Part shown: in pieces, positions 27,448-40,335 of the stretch
How positions within the stretch are numbered: position 1 is the first letter of the stretch
Layout: each line of letters opens with the position of its first letter
Origin: Octopus vulgaris
Lineage: Eukaryota
Reading direction: 5' to 3'
Length of the DNA: 64,000 nucleotides
NCBI GenBank assembly: GCA_951406725.2
Contig: OX597832.1
Location: 53,134,001-53,198,000 of the forward strand
Notes under the pieces: model-generated
Seen by the model: only the letters and a program-made list of their open reading frames with translations
Databases searched by the model: none
Told to the model about the DNA's origin: nothing
Made by a program: the position numbers and the translations under genes

Positions 27448-28607
27448 AATTCCCCATCTGGACGGGACGCTGGTCTGTCGCAGGATTACTCACTTTTGCC
27501 AGCTGAGTGGACTGGAGCAACGTGAAATGAAGTGTTTTTCTCAAGAACACAACACGTTGGTTGGTCCAGGAATCAAAACCACAGTCTTATGATGTTTGTT
27601 CCTTGTCGAGCCACACCTGGCTCATACGGGCCGGTTTCCTGGTTTCCTTGGCGTATAGATTCCCCACCTGGACAGGACGCCAGTCCATCACAGGTGAGCT
27701 GCAAGATGCAGGAGGAAAGAGTGAGAGAAAGTTGTGGCGAAAGAGTCAGCAGAAGTTTCGTCATTACCTTCTGCTGGAGCCATGTAGAGCTTAGGTGTTT
27801 CGCTCATAAACACACACATCGCCCGGTCTGAGATTCGAACCTGCGATCCCTCGACCGCGAGTCCACTGCTCTAACCACTAGGCCATGTCCCTACATACAT
27901 ACATAGGATCACTCCATCGGTTGCGATGACGAGGGTCCCAGCTGATATGATCAACGGAACTGCTTGCTCGTGAAATTAACGTGCAAGTGGCTGAGCACTC
28001 CACAGACAGGTGTACCCTTAACGTAATTCTCGGGGAGATTCAGCATGACACAGAGTGTGACAAGGCTGACCCTTTAAAATACAGGTACTACTCATTTTTG
28101 CCAGCTGAGTGGACTGGAGCAATGTGAAATAAAGTGTCTTGCTCAAGGACACAACGACCCTAACCACTAAGCCACGCACCTTCACTTACATACATACGTA
28201 TATATTAACAATATCAATAATAAGGATTACTACGAAGTTGCATAGCATTACCTTTAATTCTATAATTTATATACTGATGTTGGTGTGTTTATGTCCCCGT
28301 AACTTAGCGGTTCAGCAAACGAGACCGATAGGATAAGTATTAGGCTAACAAAGGATAAGTCCTTGGGTCGATATGTTCATTTATTCTTTTACTTGTTTCA
28401 ATAATTTGACTGCAGCCATGCCGGAGTACCACCTTGAGAGGTTTTTTGGTCGAACAAATTGACCCAAGGACTTATGCTTTGTTAGCCTAGTACTTATTTT
28501 GTTGGTCTTTTTTGTCGAACCGCTAAGTTACGAGGACGTAAACACAGCAACATCGGTTGGTGGTGGTGAGACAAACACAAATATAGACATATGCATACAT
28601 GTGTGTA

Positions 28608-28642
<35 letters not shown>

Positions 28643-28718
28643 GCATATATTTGTTTGAGAGAGAGAGAGAGATACACACACATATGTATGTATATACACA
28701 CTAGCATACATACATACA

Positions 28719-28751
<33 letters not shown>

Positions 28752-28998
28752 TATTGCAAGCAATTCCTTCGTCGAATTAATTTCGTAATTATATGCGTGA
28801 GAGACACGAAACAATAGAATGACATATTTTAGGGATAATCCTGAAGAATATCCATATATCTGGACACCGATATAAAAAGATTATATGAAAGAATTATAAC
28901 TGATTTGAGAATTCTTCCAAAGTCAGTTGTAATATATGGATCTTACATTTGGTTTGAATTCTAGAAAATTTTTAAAGAAATAGAGTAAGCTTACGTAC

Positions 28999-29547
28999 AT
29001 GCAAAGCCGTAGAATTATTTCTATATTCTCTCATATTGATGTCAGCTCCAGCTTCAATTAAATAATTAACCAAAGTGGTTGAATATTCTAGACAGGCCAG
29101 CATAAGTGGAGTAACACCTCTCGTTGTTTGGCGATTTAATTCAGCTCCTCGACTAACAATTAACTTCATGTCTTCGATACATGCAGCCTGCACAGCACAA
29201 TGAAGAGGCGTGTTCCCTTTGTGATCAGAATCTTTCGCTAAACTAGGTTCCTTTTCCAGTAAATATTCGGTAATTTCCCGTCTTCCTGCCATGATGCTGT
29301 ACATTATTGGTGTTTGACCCCAGCGGTCACTGGCATCCGCCGATCCGCCGTAATCCAGTAAAGCTTTCAAACACTCCAACCGACCTTTTTCCGATGCAAT
29401 GTGAATCATTGATTTAGCTGGAATACCGTTCAAATCATAACAATAAGTGTCAGCCTCGGCTCCCATTTTTAAAATTTCCCGCAGCGCTACCGGATCGTCG
29501 TCTTCTATGGCAAGGAGCATGGCCACATCTTGGTCTGTTACATCCAT
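28999..29547 (-). CDS. Ankyrin-repeat gene, alternative first coding exon A (183 codons, about 5 ankyrin repeats)
   Basis: ATG at 29547 (MDVTDQD). Repeats DRWGQTPIMYS, DHKGNTPLHCAV, TRGVTPLMLAC. Ends ...NNSTALH|GTACGT (phase 0). Colinear paralog of exon B. An alternative GTAAGC donor 4 nt further on would be out of frame with the next exon. Confidence 0.88.
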
Positions 29548-30275
29548 TTGGCTTGCTTTTAATAATTGACAATCAGACCAAAAAAACAACAACAACAAAC
29601 AAGGGTGTTATGTAATTTTTATGAACTTACTTTGCTTTACTTTTAAATTTCAAAACCAGAAAAGTTTAGTTAAGTGAAATCGATCGATAATTATGTTCAT
29701 AAAATTCTAAATTATAACTTCAAAATGTCTACATCTGTATACGTAATTGTTTTGTTGGTGTATCTTAGCAGAATATACTAACGTGAGAGTCTCTTCTTGC
29801 TAATAACACAAGCTGAAAAGAGTACAATTATTAAAATAGTCTGTTGAAACTCTATCGCTTTTACTTCAAGGAGAGGAGTTTGCCTGTTGTCCTCTTCTTT
29901 AACAAGATCAGTCTGCTAGTATCAGACACTTCTACATAGAATCCTTCTCGCTGTTATCTTAACTACATTCTTGTGCTATTTACCAATTGGCCTTCACTTT
30001 TGCAATCTGTGCAAGATATAACTTGGGCAAAATGCCAAATACTTTACAGTGACAATAAACACATATTTATATTTACAGATACGTATATATATATATATAA
30101 TTTAGAGGAAACAATTGTTTTAGTACACAGGTTTCACTTTGGGAATTTTATTCCTATCACCATTATATACACACACAAACAGGATTGTTTAACTTTCCCG
30201 AGAAACTAAATTTTAAAACATATTCGAATTAAAATAAATTTAAATCACAATCACTTTCAATGATTCCGTATGTGC

Positions 30276-30330
<55 letters not shown>

Positions 30331-32137
30331 ACTATGAGAGAGATCCACTATGTAGACGCTCTTACGCTAGATATAGATCCGAAAATGGACTCAACCACTA
30401 AGAATTGTTCTCAATTATATATATATATATATGAATGCATGTGTGTATAGATATATACACGCATGTATGCATATAATATGTACGCATACATATATGTATG
30501 CATATATTTGCATGTATGTATTTAAGTGTATTCGTTGACTGGGCAACAATTCTCTTTAATGGAAGTATATTAATGATATTCATTTATGTTACAAAGAAAT
30601 GCCTTTATTATTATATAATGTAGCTATATGTTTATTGATACTATATCAACAGAAACAAAAGACAGCCCTGTTTACAATGGAAAACAGAACAGAAAATCAC
30701 GACATCCATGATTTTCCAAACAGCAACTGTAACAGAAATTATGGCTGCAATCAATTGGATTACTTTGGGCGACTGAAATATTTGTGCAGCGTCTCAGATC
30801 TTTTTTTATAGTATTCTGATTTGAGATATTCTTGTACAAGAGGATCACCAACTATTCAGATTTGAAATATTTTCACATCCTGAAGGGGAATTTTAACTTT
30901 TAGTATGCAAGGTGATATTTTAGTCGCAAATGCTCCGGCATCATCGACTATGCGGTTTGATATCTTTAGCTATTTGAATTGGGATGACATAAGACAGCTA
31001 TTGGCCAACTGCAGCTCGTGGGACTCTCTGAAAGGCATGTCGAACGAAAAATTAGCTTCGACTCTTTTCTTTCAGTGGTGCGGCCCGCTTGATAATGATG
31101 TATGTCTCATGCAGCTCGCTTCTCGAAGAAGGTTGCCAATGCCTGATATAAGGTTAACGACAGTGTTCTGTAACTGGTCAATAAAACCAGTTGTCGTGCC
31201 CCTGTTGCGTGATGGGATCATATACAAACAACTTTTCTAGATATTTCTCGTTACTAATTTGCACAAAAGCTCTGCAGATTTTTCTTCTTTTTCTTTTTTG
31301 CCATCGCCATAGGCATTCCAAGTTCTCATGTCTGTGCAATCCATTCTAACACCTTCCCATTACTTTGAGTTTGAAGTCGCTTCATTTGTCCAATTCTCCG
31401 AGAAAGACTTTAACCAGAAAACGTCACCAGTTCCTGAGACACAGAACCTCCTTTGCTCAAGATTGACAGATTTATTTTAATTTCAGTTGAATTTGAAATA
31501 AGAAATATATTTTCACTGACAGAGCTGCAAGCCCTGCATCAAACTCGAAGATTAGCTCTGTGTTTAATGGCTATTTTACTCTCATGTCCACCAACTCATC
31601 AATAAGTAGATTATTCAAATCATTTAGCAAGAATAGTTAGAAGAAGGCTTTGTTAATATCTAGGTTAAACAAAAAACAGCAAACTTAGTTTTCTCCTTAG
31701 AATTAACAAGGGTAACAAACTATGGGTGTGTTACAAAGAAAGCAAGATTTTAATGGTTTCATTCTACGGAGACCATGTCATCAATCCCTGGGTAGGGAGA
31801 TCAAATGAAAGTACTGAAGAGATAGTTTACCATATTTTCCATCAACTTTGATACGTTGGAAAAGATGATGACAGGTTGATAAATATCAGGATGAGAGATA
31901 TTATCTTTCTTGCGAAAAATATACACAGTTTAATGCTTTTTATTGCATCACTTTCCGGCACTGTATACCCACCAGTTAGTCTGTAGCTAAAAAAAAAAAA
32001 ACATGTATATCTTACCAAACAACAATTTCCTTAAAATAACTCAACTGTTTACTTTTAATACAATTCAACTTTTTATTTCATACGTCTGGTGTTTTTGTTT
32101 TCCCCAAACGATGCTGAATATTCTGGATGGGCACTAA

Positions 32138-32921
32138 TCTATATATATAAAGCTGAAGTTGTCTGTGTATGGCAGGTTTGATAGCCTTCAACTAACACTA
32201 TCTCCTCCAAGACCCTGCGGCGCAAGTTGACCAAAATTGAGAGTATGAAAGAAGAAGGCTTGCTTTTCATTTCGTAGAGGATAAAATTCAAATCGGACCA
32301 TGTTAAGACCAAAAATTATTTACATCAAAAAGGTGTTTTTTTTCTATGAAATCCCTATTTTTTACGATTTTTTGACTGCCGTGTCGCCATTTTTCGGTGT
32401 ATTTCAACCAGAAAAATGTTCACTTAAAGAGAATAACAAGCTACACAATGCAAAATTTTTACTTTTCAAAAATTCCAATTCTAAAGGGTCGAAACAAACC
32501 CGAGCAACGCCGGGCGATACTGCTAGTCTATATATATATATAAGGCTGAAGTTGTCTGTGTGTGGCAGGTTTGGTAGCCTTCAACTAACACCATCTCCTC
32601 CGAGACCCTGCGGCGCAAGTTGACCAAAATTGAGAGTATGATAGAAGAAGGCTTGCTCTTCCTTCCGTAGAAGAAAAAATTCAAATCGGACCATGTTAAG
32701 ACCAAAAATTATTTACATCAGAAAGGTGCTTTTTTTTCTATGAAAATCCCTATTTTTTACGATTTTTTTACTGCCGTGTCGCCATTTTTCGGTGTATTTC
32801 AACCAGAAAAATGTTCACTCAAAGAGAATAACAAGCTGCATAATGCAAAATTTTTACTTTTCAAAAATTCCAATTCTAAAGGGTGGAAACTAACCCGAGC
32901 AACGCCGGGCGATACTGCTAG
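32138..32921 (+). mobile_element. Non-autonomous Helitron, head-to-tail dimer (32138-32526 and 32527-32921)
   Basis: Each unit runs TC...CCCGAGCAACGCCGGG...CTAG. The junction is CTAG|TC and the outer flanks are A|T. Confidence 0.9.
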
Positions 32922-33484
32922 TTTGTAATAATGCCAAAGTGGAGTTACTGTAAATCCGAAGATGCACCATTAAATAGTGATGGAGCAGTGCCGTCCAGGG
33001 CACCTCGTTACAGACAAGCATGCAGCATGCAATTTAATCTCATTAATATTATGTTTATTATGATGCTTCATGAATTCTCTTATATTTACAGTGTTGGTTA
33101 TAAATATAATTTTTGGTACAATCACAGGAAATTATATAACTTTAACGAGATATTTGTAGAATAAAACAGAGCACATTTCTGCTCTAGTCATTATCGTTAT
33201 AATTAGCGATAACATCATCATCAACGACAACAATAACTACAAGAAGAATAACAACAAAAACAGCCTGCATCCGTTTTAGAAATAGATGTACGACTTCATT
33301 GTTTTTATCTGGCGGTCTATTGCCTGGTCTTTGGTCTGTTTTCTAACACCCAACATTGTAAACAAACCCATCTGGCGGTCAGCTGTTGACCTGATTTCCA
33401 ATGATGCGCTTACAAAAGGTTTCTTCTGTTGTCTTAGCTGGGATATGTAAATGAAAGTTTCCAGTATTTTGGCCTTTATCAGTC

Positions 33485-33486
33485 TG

Positions 33487-33557
<71 letters not shown>

Positions 33558-33731
33558 ATCTATCTATATATTTCTCTAGTTCTCTATCTATCTATCTGTC
33601 AATCTATCTATTTCTCTATCTATCTATCCATCTATTTCTCTATCTATCTATCTATTTCTCTATCTATCTATCAATTTCTCTATCTATCTATCTATTTCTC
33701 TATCTATCTATCTATTTCTCTATCTATCTAC

Positions 33732-33779
<48 letters not shown>

Positions 33780-33780
33780 T
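33485..33780. repeat. (TCTA)n microsatellite
   Basis: Direct observation. Confidence 0.95.
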
Positions 33781-34542
33781 TGTCTGTATTAATGTTTGTT
33801 TTCATGTTGAGTTATAATAAAAACAATTTTACGTTAAACGAAAGGATTACTCAATACTTTTTGAAGAGACCATATCCATTATTCTTTACCAAGAATAGTG
33901 TTGACAGTGCTATGAAGCCCAATGAAGGCTAAGCAAGCCGAAGCTTCGAAGTCACTATCAACATTCTTGCTAAAGACTAATCTGTGTGTGTGTGTGTGTG
34001 TCTGATTGTCAGAGACGAGAAAAGTATTTAGGTTTTTATTTTGTAAAATGCTCACAGTAGAAGCATCATTGTGGAATGTCTTTGCGCATTATAATATTAA
34101 ATGATTTCAAATGAATAAATATGATAATGGACCTCTTTTTCTGAAATCACTTTCATAAATAGAAATTTTAAAATCTTACTCTTGCACAAACACACACAGA
34201 CATGTGAACTTTTTCCCATTTTTTCCCTAAAACCTTTGTGAAACTCGAGAAGGGAAGGTTTTCATAAAATGTACAGAAGACTCAACAGGTGATCAAATGG
34301 GTAGACATCTAGAATGACATCTGAGCGAGAATACATGAATAATATCCAGAGAGCCAGGGTCATTTTAGAAGAGGGATATACCATCAGTTCAATTTTGTGT
34401 TTGTGTGTGTGTACATACATAGATCGTACAAGCATGCATGTGTGTCTATGTATGTATATATATATATATATAATTGTTGTATTTAGGAATGGTCATATAT
34501 TGCCAGTTTATATAAAATCTTGCAAAACAAATATATAAACGT

Positions 34543-34618
<76 letters not shown>

Positions 34619-34924
34619 ATGTATATGGGGAAGGAATCTGATATAAAGAGAAAGCTAGAAAATACTGAGAAGAGAAGAAAATTGTTTCAACTTTGTCCAA
34701 TATGAAAGATAGTTTAGTTTATTTTCGTGCTTTTGAAATAAGTTTTGAGTGCAATGAAGAAACTGTGTCTTTACCTATAAATTGTTTATAATAGCAACAG
34801 CGATATATAAAAAACAATGTTAGCTTTGATATTTTTTTATGAATAATTATTTAAAATTATGTAAAGGATAAAAAAGATCCATTTGTAGTAAATTCGTCGT
34901 CTTCAGTTTGACTATAATGATACC

Positions 34925-34976
34925 AATAATAATAATAATAATAATAATAGTAATAGTAATAGTAATAATAATAATA

Positions 34977-35033
<57 letters not shown>
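34925..35033. repeat. (AAT)n microsatellite
   Basis: Direct observation. Confidence 0.95.
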
Positions 35034-35037
<4 letters not shown>

Positions 35038-35145
35038 GCAATTATTTTGGCATGAATGTCATTTAATTTTGACATGAATTTCACTTATCTCAGATCGCTT
35101 GAAGTGTGATTGGGTAAATGAAAGGTGGGTAAAATTGCAACTAAC

Positions 35146-35766
35146 CTGCAGGGGGGTACGTTTTCCACGTGGTTCGTACAGATTAATTTCAGCACCCATT
35201 GCAATCAACAAGTTGACAACACTTTTACGTATGTCGGTAGATTCGATGTCCCTGGAGATGATGACGCTCATCAGAGGTGTAAAACCGTATTGGTTGATCG
35301 CATTCACGCGTGCATTGTATTGAAACAATATATCCATAAAGTCCAGCATACCGTTGAGGGCAGCGAAATGCAGACAAGTGTCTCCATACTTATCGGAATC
35401 ATTTATTAATTCTGGCCGATAATCCAACATGATTTTGGCCACTTCTGTCCGTCCAGCTAAAATACAAAACATTAGCGGAGTTTGACCCCAATTGTCCCGT
35501 GCGGACAAATTGGTGTTTCTGTCTAGCAAGATATTAACTAATTCTTTTTTACCTTTTTCACAGCAAACATGCAAAAGTGATTTGGTGCTAATGTTTGCTT
35601 CGTCAATGAAGAACGAATCCACATCGCAACCCCTGTCTAATAATTCTACAAATCGCTCGATATTCCCCTCATCGACAGCTTTATATAATTCCCACTCCAT
35701 GTTTTCCAAAATTGGATCGTTGCTCCTTTGTTCGTCTTCCGAATCTGCAGCAAATTCTTCTTCCAT
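35146..35766 (-). CDS. Ankyrin-repeat gene, alternative first coding exon B (207 codons, about 5 ankyrin repeats)
   Basis: ATG at 35766. Repeats DNWGQTPLMFC, DKYGDTCLHFAA, NQYGFTPLM. Ends ...RGKRTPLQ|GTTAGT (phase-0 donor). A pyrimidine tract plus AG lies 8 nt upstream of the ATG. Confidence 0.9.
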
Positions 35767-35859
35767 GATTTAATCTTATTTGAAGAGAAGAATTTAATGC
35801 AAAGAAACCATGAGCAAAACTTATAAGAATTGTTTATATATATACAAAATATTATTACT

Positions 35860-36120
35860 TTCTGCTAAACTAAAAACCATCAGCTGCTCCTTCTGCCCGA
35901 GACTACCTTCTACTAAGGAAACGGCACTAAGTCTTCAGTTTCATTCTGTCTTTTTTCTTTTCTCTTATGGTGGTGGCGGGGGTGTGCGGCTGCGGCGGCT
36001 TCAGTGGGGGGTGGCAGCGATGGCGGGGAAATGATGAGAGAGAACAAAAAAAAAAAAAAAAAAAAAAACGGCGACTATCGTCGAGTGACTGCTGTTAGGA
36101 AGAGATGCACAATGTGCTGT
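35860..36120 (-). promoter_or_regulatory. Probable promoter/5' UTR for ankyrin exon B
   Basis: Unique GC/CpG-rich patch (35968-36030) directly upstream of the exon, in an AT-rich context. Confidence 0.35.
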
Positions 36121-36729
36121 GAGATTTTAAGAATCTGAGATCAAACCAACACAGACAACGTTATGTATATTTTCTGAGGAATATTAGTCGGTATTTTTAC
36201 TCGTATTCTGGAAGCATTTCAACAAATGCCTGTTTTTAGAAATAAGTTTTTTTTTCACAATTTCGCGCCGCGAATATTTTGGAGATTCTGTTCTCCATCA
36301 TATGAAATATTTCACGTATTAATAGGTCTTACAGCAGACTAAAACTCAGATTAATTACTTTGTTAAGGCATTTCTGCTGAAATTCACTGTATTTGTTCCT
36401 CCAAATTTTGAAAACAGTCAAGAATTTAATTAAATAACTTTGCCCATTAATAAGAAGGTGATTGGTACATAGATTAACATAAAAATTTGATGTAAGTTTT
36501 TAATATAAATCGTTTCAAAGCAGTAAAATTTGTATCATAAAACGAAAGACAATCTTGGGCAGATTGATAGCAAAAGGGTTAAAGCAAATAATTTTATCAA
36601 TGACTTAGAGACGTCATCTGCACGGAAATGAATAGTTAATTTGCTATTGTATTTACTGCCAGGAAAACGAACAATTCAAGTTGGTATGATCATGCAGCGA
36701 AGGAAAACATTATTAGTCAACAATTAGTA

Positions 36730-37484
36730 AATATTGGTTTCAAAATTTGGCACAAAGCCAGCAATTTCGGGAGAAAGGGCAAGTCGATTTCATTGACCCC
36801 AGTGCCCAACTAGTACTTATTTTATCAATTCCAAAAGGATGAAAGGTAAGGTCGACCTCGATGCGATTTGAACTCAGAATGTAAAGATGGATAAAATGCC
36901 GCTAAGCATTTTGCCCAGCGTGCTAACGATTCTTTTTCTACTCAAGCCACAAGACCCGAAATTTGGGTGATTAGATCGACTCCAGTACATAACTGGTACT
37001 TAATTTATCGACCCCGAGAGGATGAAAAGCAAAGTCGACCTCGGCGGAATTTGAACTCAGAGAGTAACGGCAGACGAAATACATATTTCTTTACTACCCA
37101 CAAGGGGCTAAACACAGAGGAGAGAAACACGGACAGACAGACACATTAAATCGATTATATCCACCCCAGTGCGTAACTGGTACTTAATTTATCGACCCCG
37201 AAAGGATGAAAGGCAAAGTCGACCTCGGCGGAATTTGAACTCAGAACGTAACGGCAGACGAAATACCTATTTCTTTACTATCCACAAGGGACTAAACACA
37301 GAGGGGACAAACAAGGACAGACAAACGGATTAAGTCGATTATATCCACCCCAGTACGTAACTGGTACTTAATTTATCGACCCCGAAAGGATGAAAGGCAA
37401 AGTCGACCTCGGCGGAATTTGAACCCAGGACGTAACGGCAGATAAAATACGGCTACGCTAACGTTTCTGCCAGCTCGCCGCCTT
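36730..37484 (-). mobile_element. Tandem array of SINE family B units
   Basis: One older copy plus three head-to-tail units of about 180 bp. Confidence 0.85.
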
Positions 37485-38085
37485 TAATAGTTAATAGATA
37501 TTGATTTCAAGTGGAGGTACATGGTCTAGTGGTTAGAGCAGCGGGATCGTGGTCGAGGGATCGCATCTCAGACCGGGCGTTTATGTGTGTTTATGAGCGA
37601 AACACCGAAGCCCCACGCGGCTCTGGCAGAAGGTAATGAACTTCTGCTAACTCTTTCGCCACAACTCCTGAAAGCAATAAAAAAAATGGCTGTAGGTGTT
37701 GGGACTTATCTGTTTTCCCTTTTAGATCAACCACTATCAAATATTGTACATTTACTCAGCACTTCAGCAACTACAGTGAAGTTTATGTTTAGCTGATGAA
37801 ATCCTCATAAGACCAAAATGTATTTGGAGTTATCCCCCCTACATCCCAAAATAAAATAATTTTAGTCACTGACATATATTATTTCCTCACTATATTAGTT
37901 AATTTTCTTTTAAATTTTCAATGATTCCGGCATTAGAATTTATTTTAATCAATATTGATTGGTTTAGAGATAATTGTTTGAAAATATATGACAAGATAAA
38001 AACAACTATTAATAAAGGTTTTTAACATAAATACAAGTCGTATAAGGTTAGTAAATTGAATGATTTATAGTGCTTGACTTGTAAC

Positions 38086-38219
38086 CACAAGCGTAGCTAA
38101 GCGGGGCAGTTGGGGCGGCACTTTTGGGTTTGCTGTAGGCGATGTGTGTTTTTTGTGGGGTCCGGGGGCGGCAAACGGAAGGGCCGCCTCGGGCGGCACA
38201 CATTCTAGCTACGCTAGTG
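38086..38219. mobile_element. Short GC-rich hAT-like MITE
   Basis: TIR CACAAGCGTAGCTA / TAGCTACGCTAGTG. Imperfect 8-bp TSD CTTGTAAC/TTGGTAAC. Confidence 0.65.
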
Positions 38220-38281
38220 TTGGTAACCTATTTTGTCGACCGCTGGAAGGAATGAAAAGCAAAACTAACGTTAGGAAGATT

Positions 38282-38673
38282 GGATCTTTTCGGTTTGAAC
38301 GGCAGTTTTTCTAGCAGTGTCATATGAAATTGTCACCCATAATTATGACCCTAGTATCGATCTGTTTTAGGGTTAGGGGTGGGGGAAGGGTATCTTTTTT
38401 TCTTCACAAATGTAAATAAACCCAATCTGTTACTTACACGAGGGACATATTCATACGGCACAGAATGATTTTTTTTTTACCTCAATAGACGTCAGTGATT
38501 GGTTGAAATTGCAGAAATTGAAAAAAAAAATATCATACAAACTATAGAATTTTCTCAATAAAGCCAAGAGAAAAAGATGTTTTATAAACACATTCTACCA
38601 GTATACGAAGTTTTAAAGTGTTTAGTTATGTGGAAATTATTTTAAAAAACTGCCGTTCAAACCGAAAAGATCC
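38282..38673. mobile_element. MITE related to 26692-27447
   Basis: TIR GGATCTTTTCGGTTTGAACGGCAGTTTTT with a perfect 8-bp TSD, GGAAGATT. Confidence 0.9.
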
Positions 38674-38995
38674 GGAAGATTTTAAATCAGAACGTTAAAA
38701 AAATTTTTTTTAAAACAGGACAGCGCGAGGAATTTTATCCGAGATTCTATCGATTTTGCCATCCTAACTACTACAATTAATAGTAATTTTTTAACGTTCA
38801 TGAAAGTTACCAGTTTTCGTTTTTAGTACTAAAAAAGAATACTGCCGATTTAATAAAGTTCATAATTTTAGTAGCTCCTATATAGGGGAAGCTTAAACTT
38901 ATAATGTAAAGGGGATATAACTGATTCGTGTTCAATGCCGTTAAATGGTTTCGTGAAAATAAATGAAAAGATCCAATATATTTAAATATTTTTTA

Positions 38996-40335
38996 GGCAA
39001 TCTTTCGTCTCTAGTAGACCTTTCCGTCGATTTCCGTAAAAAAAAATTCTTTTTTTTACATATGGGCTTGCGGGAACTTTTGAAGTAATGAGAGCGAAAG
39101 AGACTAAGAGACTAAGAGAAAGCGATTGTATGACGAGGGAAGGGCATAGTTTCGGTTGTAGTAGCACAGATTTCCGTCGATTTCCGTAAAAAACTTTTAT
39201 TTTTTTACATAAGTAATGAGAGCGAAAGAGACTAAGAGGAAGCGATTTTACGACGAGAAGGTTTCACTTTGAAGTCGGCCTGTGTGTGTTTGATGGGGTG
39301 TGGGAGACAGACAGTATGTTGTGTAAGTGAAGTGCTTCTGTTAGTGTGTGCGAAGAGACAGACATACATATACACATACACCGAGTAAAAAATTACGATG
39401 AATCGGCCATACATACATACATACACACACACACACATACATACATACATACACACACACATACTTACACACACACACACATACACATAGATACATACAC
39501 ACACACACATACATGCAGACATACATATACACATACACCGAGTAAAAAATTACACTGAATCGACCATACATACATACATACACATACACACATACATAGA
39601 TACATACATACACACACATACATGCAGACATACATATACACATACACCGAGTAAAAAATTACAATGAATCGGCCATACATACATACATACACACACACAC
39701 ATACATAGATACATACACACACACACACATACATGCATACATGCATATACACATACACCGAGTAAAAAATCAGTTATCTCTCTCTTTCACACATTACTCT
39801 CTCTGTCTCTTCGCACACACTAACAGAAGCACTTCACTTACACAACATACTGTCTGTCTCCCACACCCCATCAAACACACACAGGCCGATTTCAAAGAGA
39901 AACCTTCTCGTCATAAAATCGCTTCCTCTTAGTCTCTTTCGCTCTCATTACTTATGTAAAAAAATAAAAATTTTTTACGGAAATCGACGGAAATCTGTGC
40001 TACGACATGCGAAACTTCGCCCGAGGGAAGTTCTTTTGAAGTTACCGTGCATGGCAAGCATTGATGTACATGTGTGTGTGTGTGTTTGATGGGGTGTGGG
40101 AGACAGACTGTATGTTGTGTAAGTGAAGTGCTTCTGTTAGTGTGTGTGAAGAGACAGAGTAATGTGTGAAAGAAAGAGATAACTGAAATTTTTTACTCGG
40201 TGTATGTGTATATGTATGTATATTACTTCAAAAGTTCCCGCAAGCCCATATGTAAAAAAAAATTTTTTTACGGAAATCGACGGAAAGGTCTACTAGAAAT
40301 TTTACGGAAAGGTCTACTAGAGACGAAAGATCGCC
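38996..40335. mobile_element. Foldback-like non-autonomous DNA transposon (GG...CC ends, 8-bp TSD)
   Basis: TIR GGCAATCTTTCGTCTCTAGTAGACCTTTCCGT. TSD ATTTTTTA/ACTTTTTA. Internal inverted and tandem modules. Confidence 0.85.

Noticed and set aside
28835-28884. ATAATC-CTGAAGA-stem...GATTAT hammerhead-like motif; similar partial motifs at about 37793 and 51880
   Set aside because: The GAAA/UH core elements are missing.
30905-31560. 111-aa ORF as a possible third variable exon
   Set aside because: Wrong strand and no ankyrin motifs. It overlaps an old hAT-like MITE and probable decayed transposon sequence.
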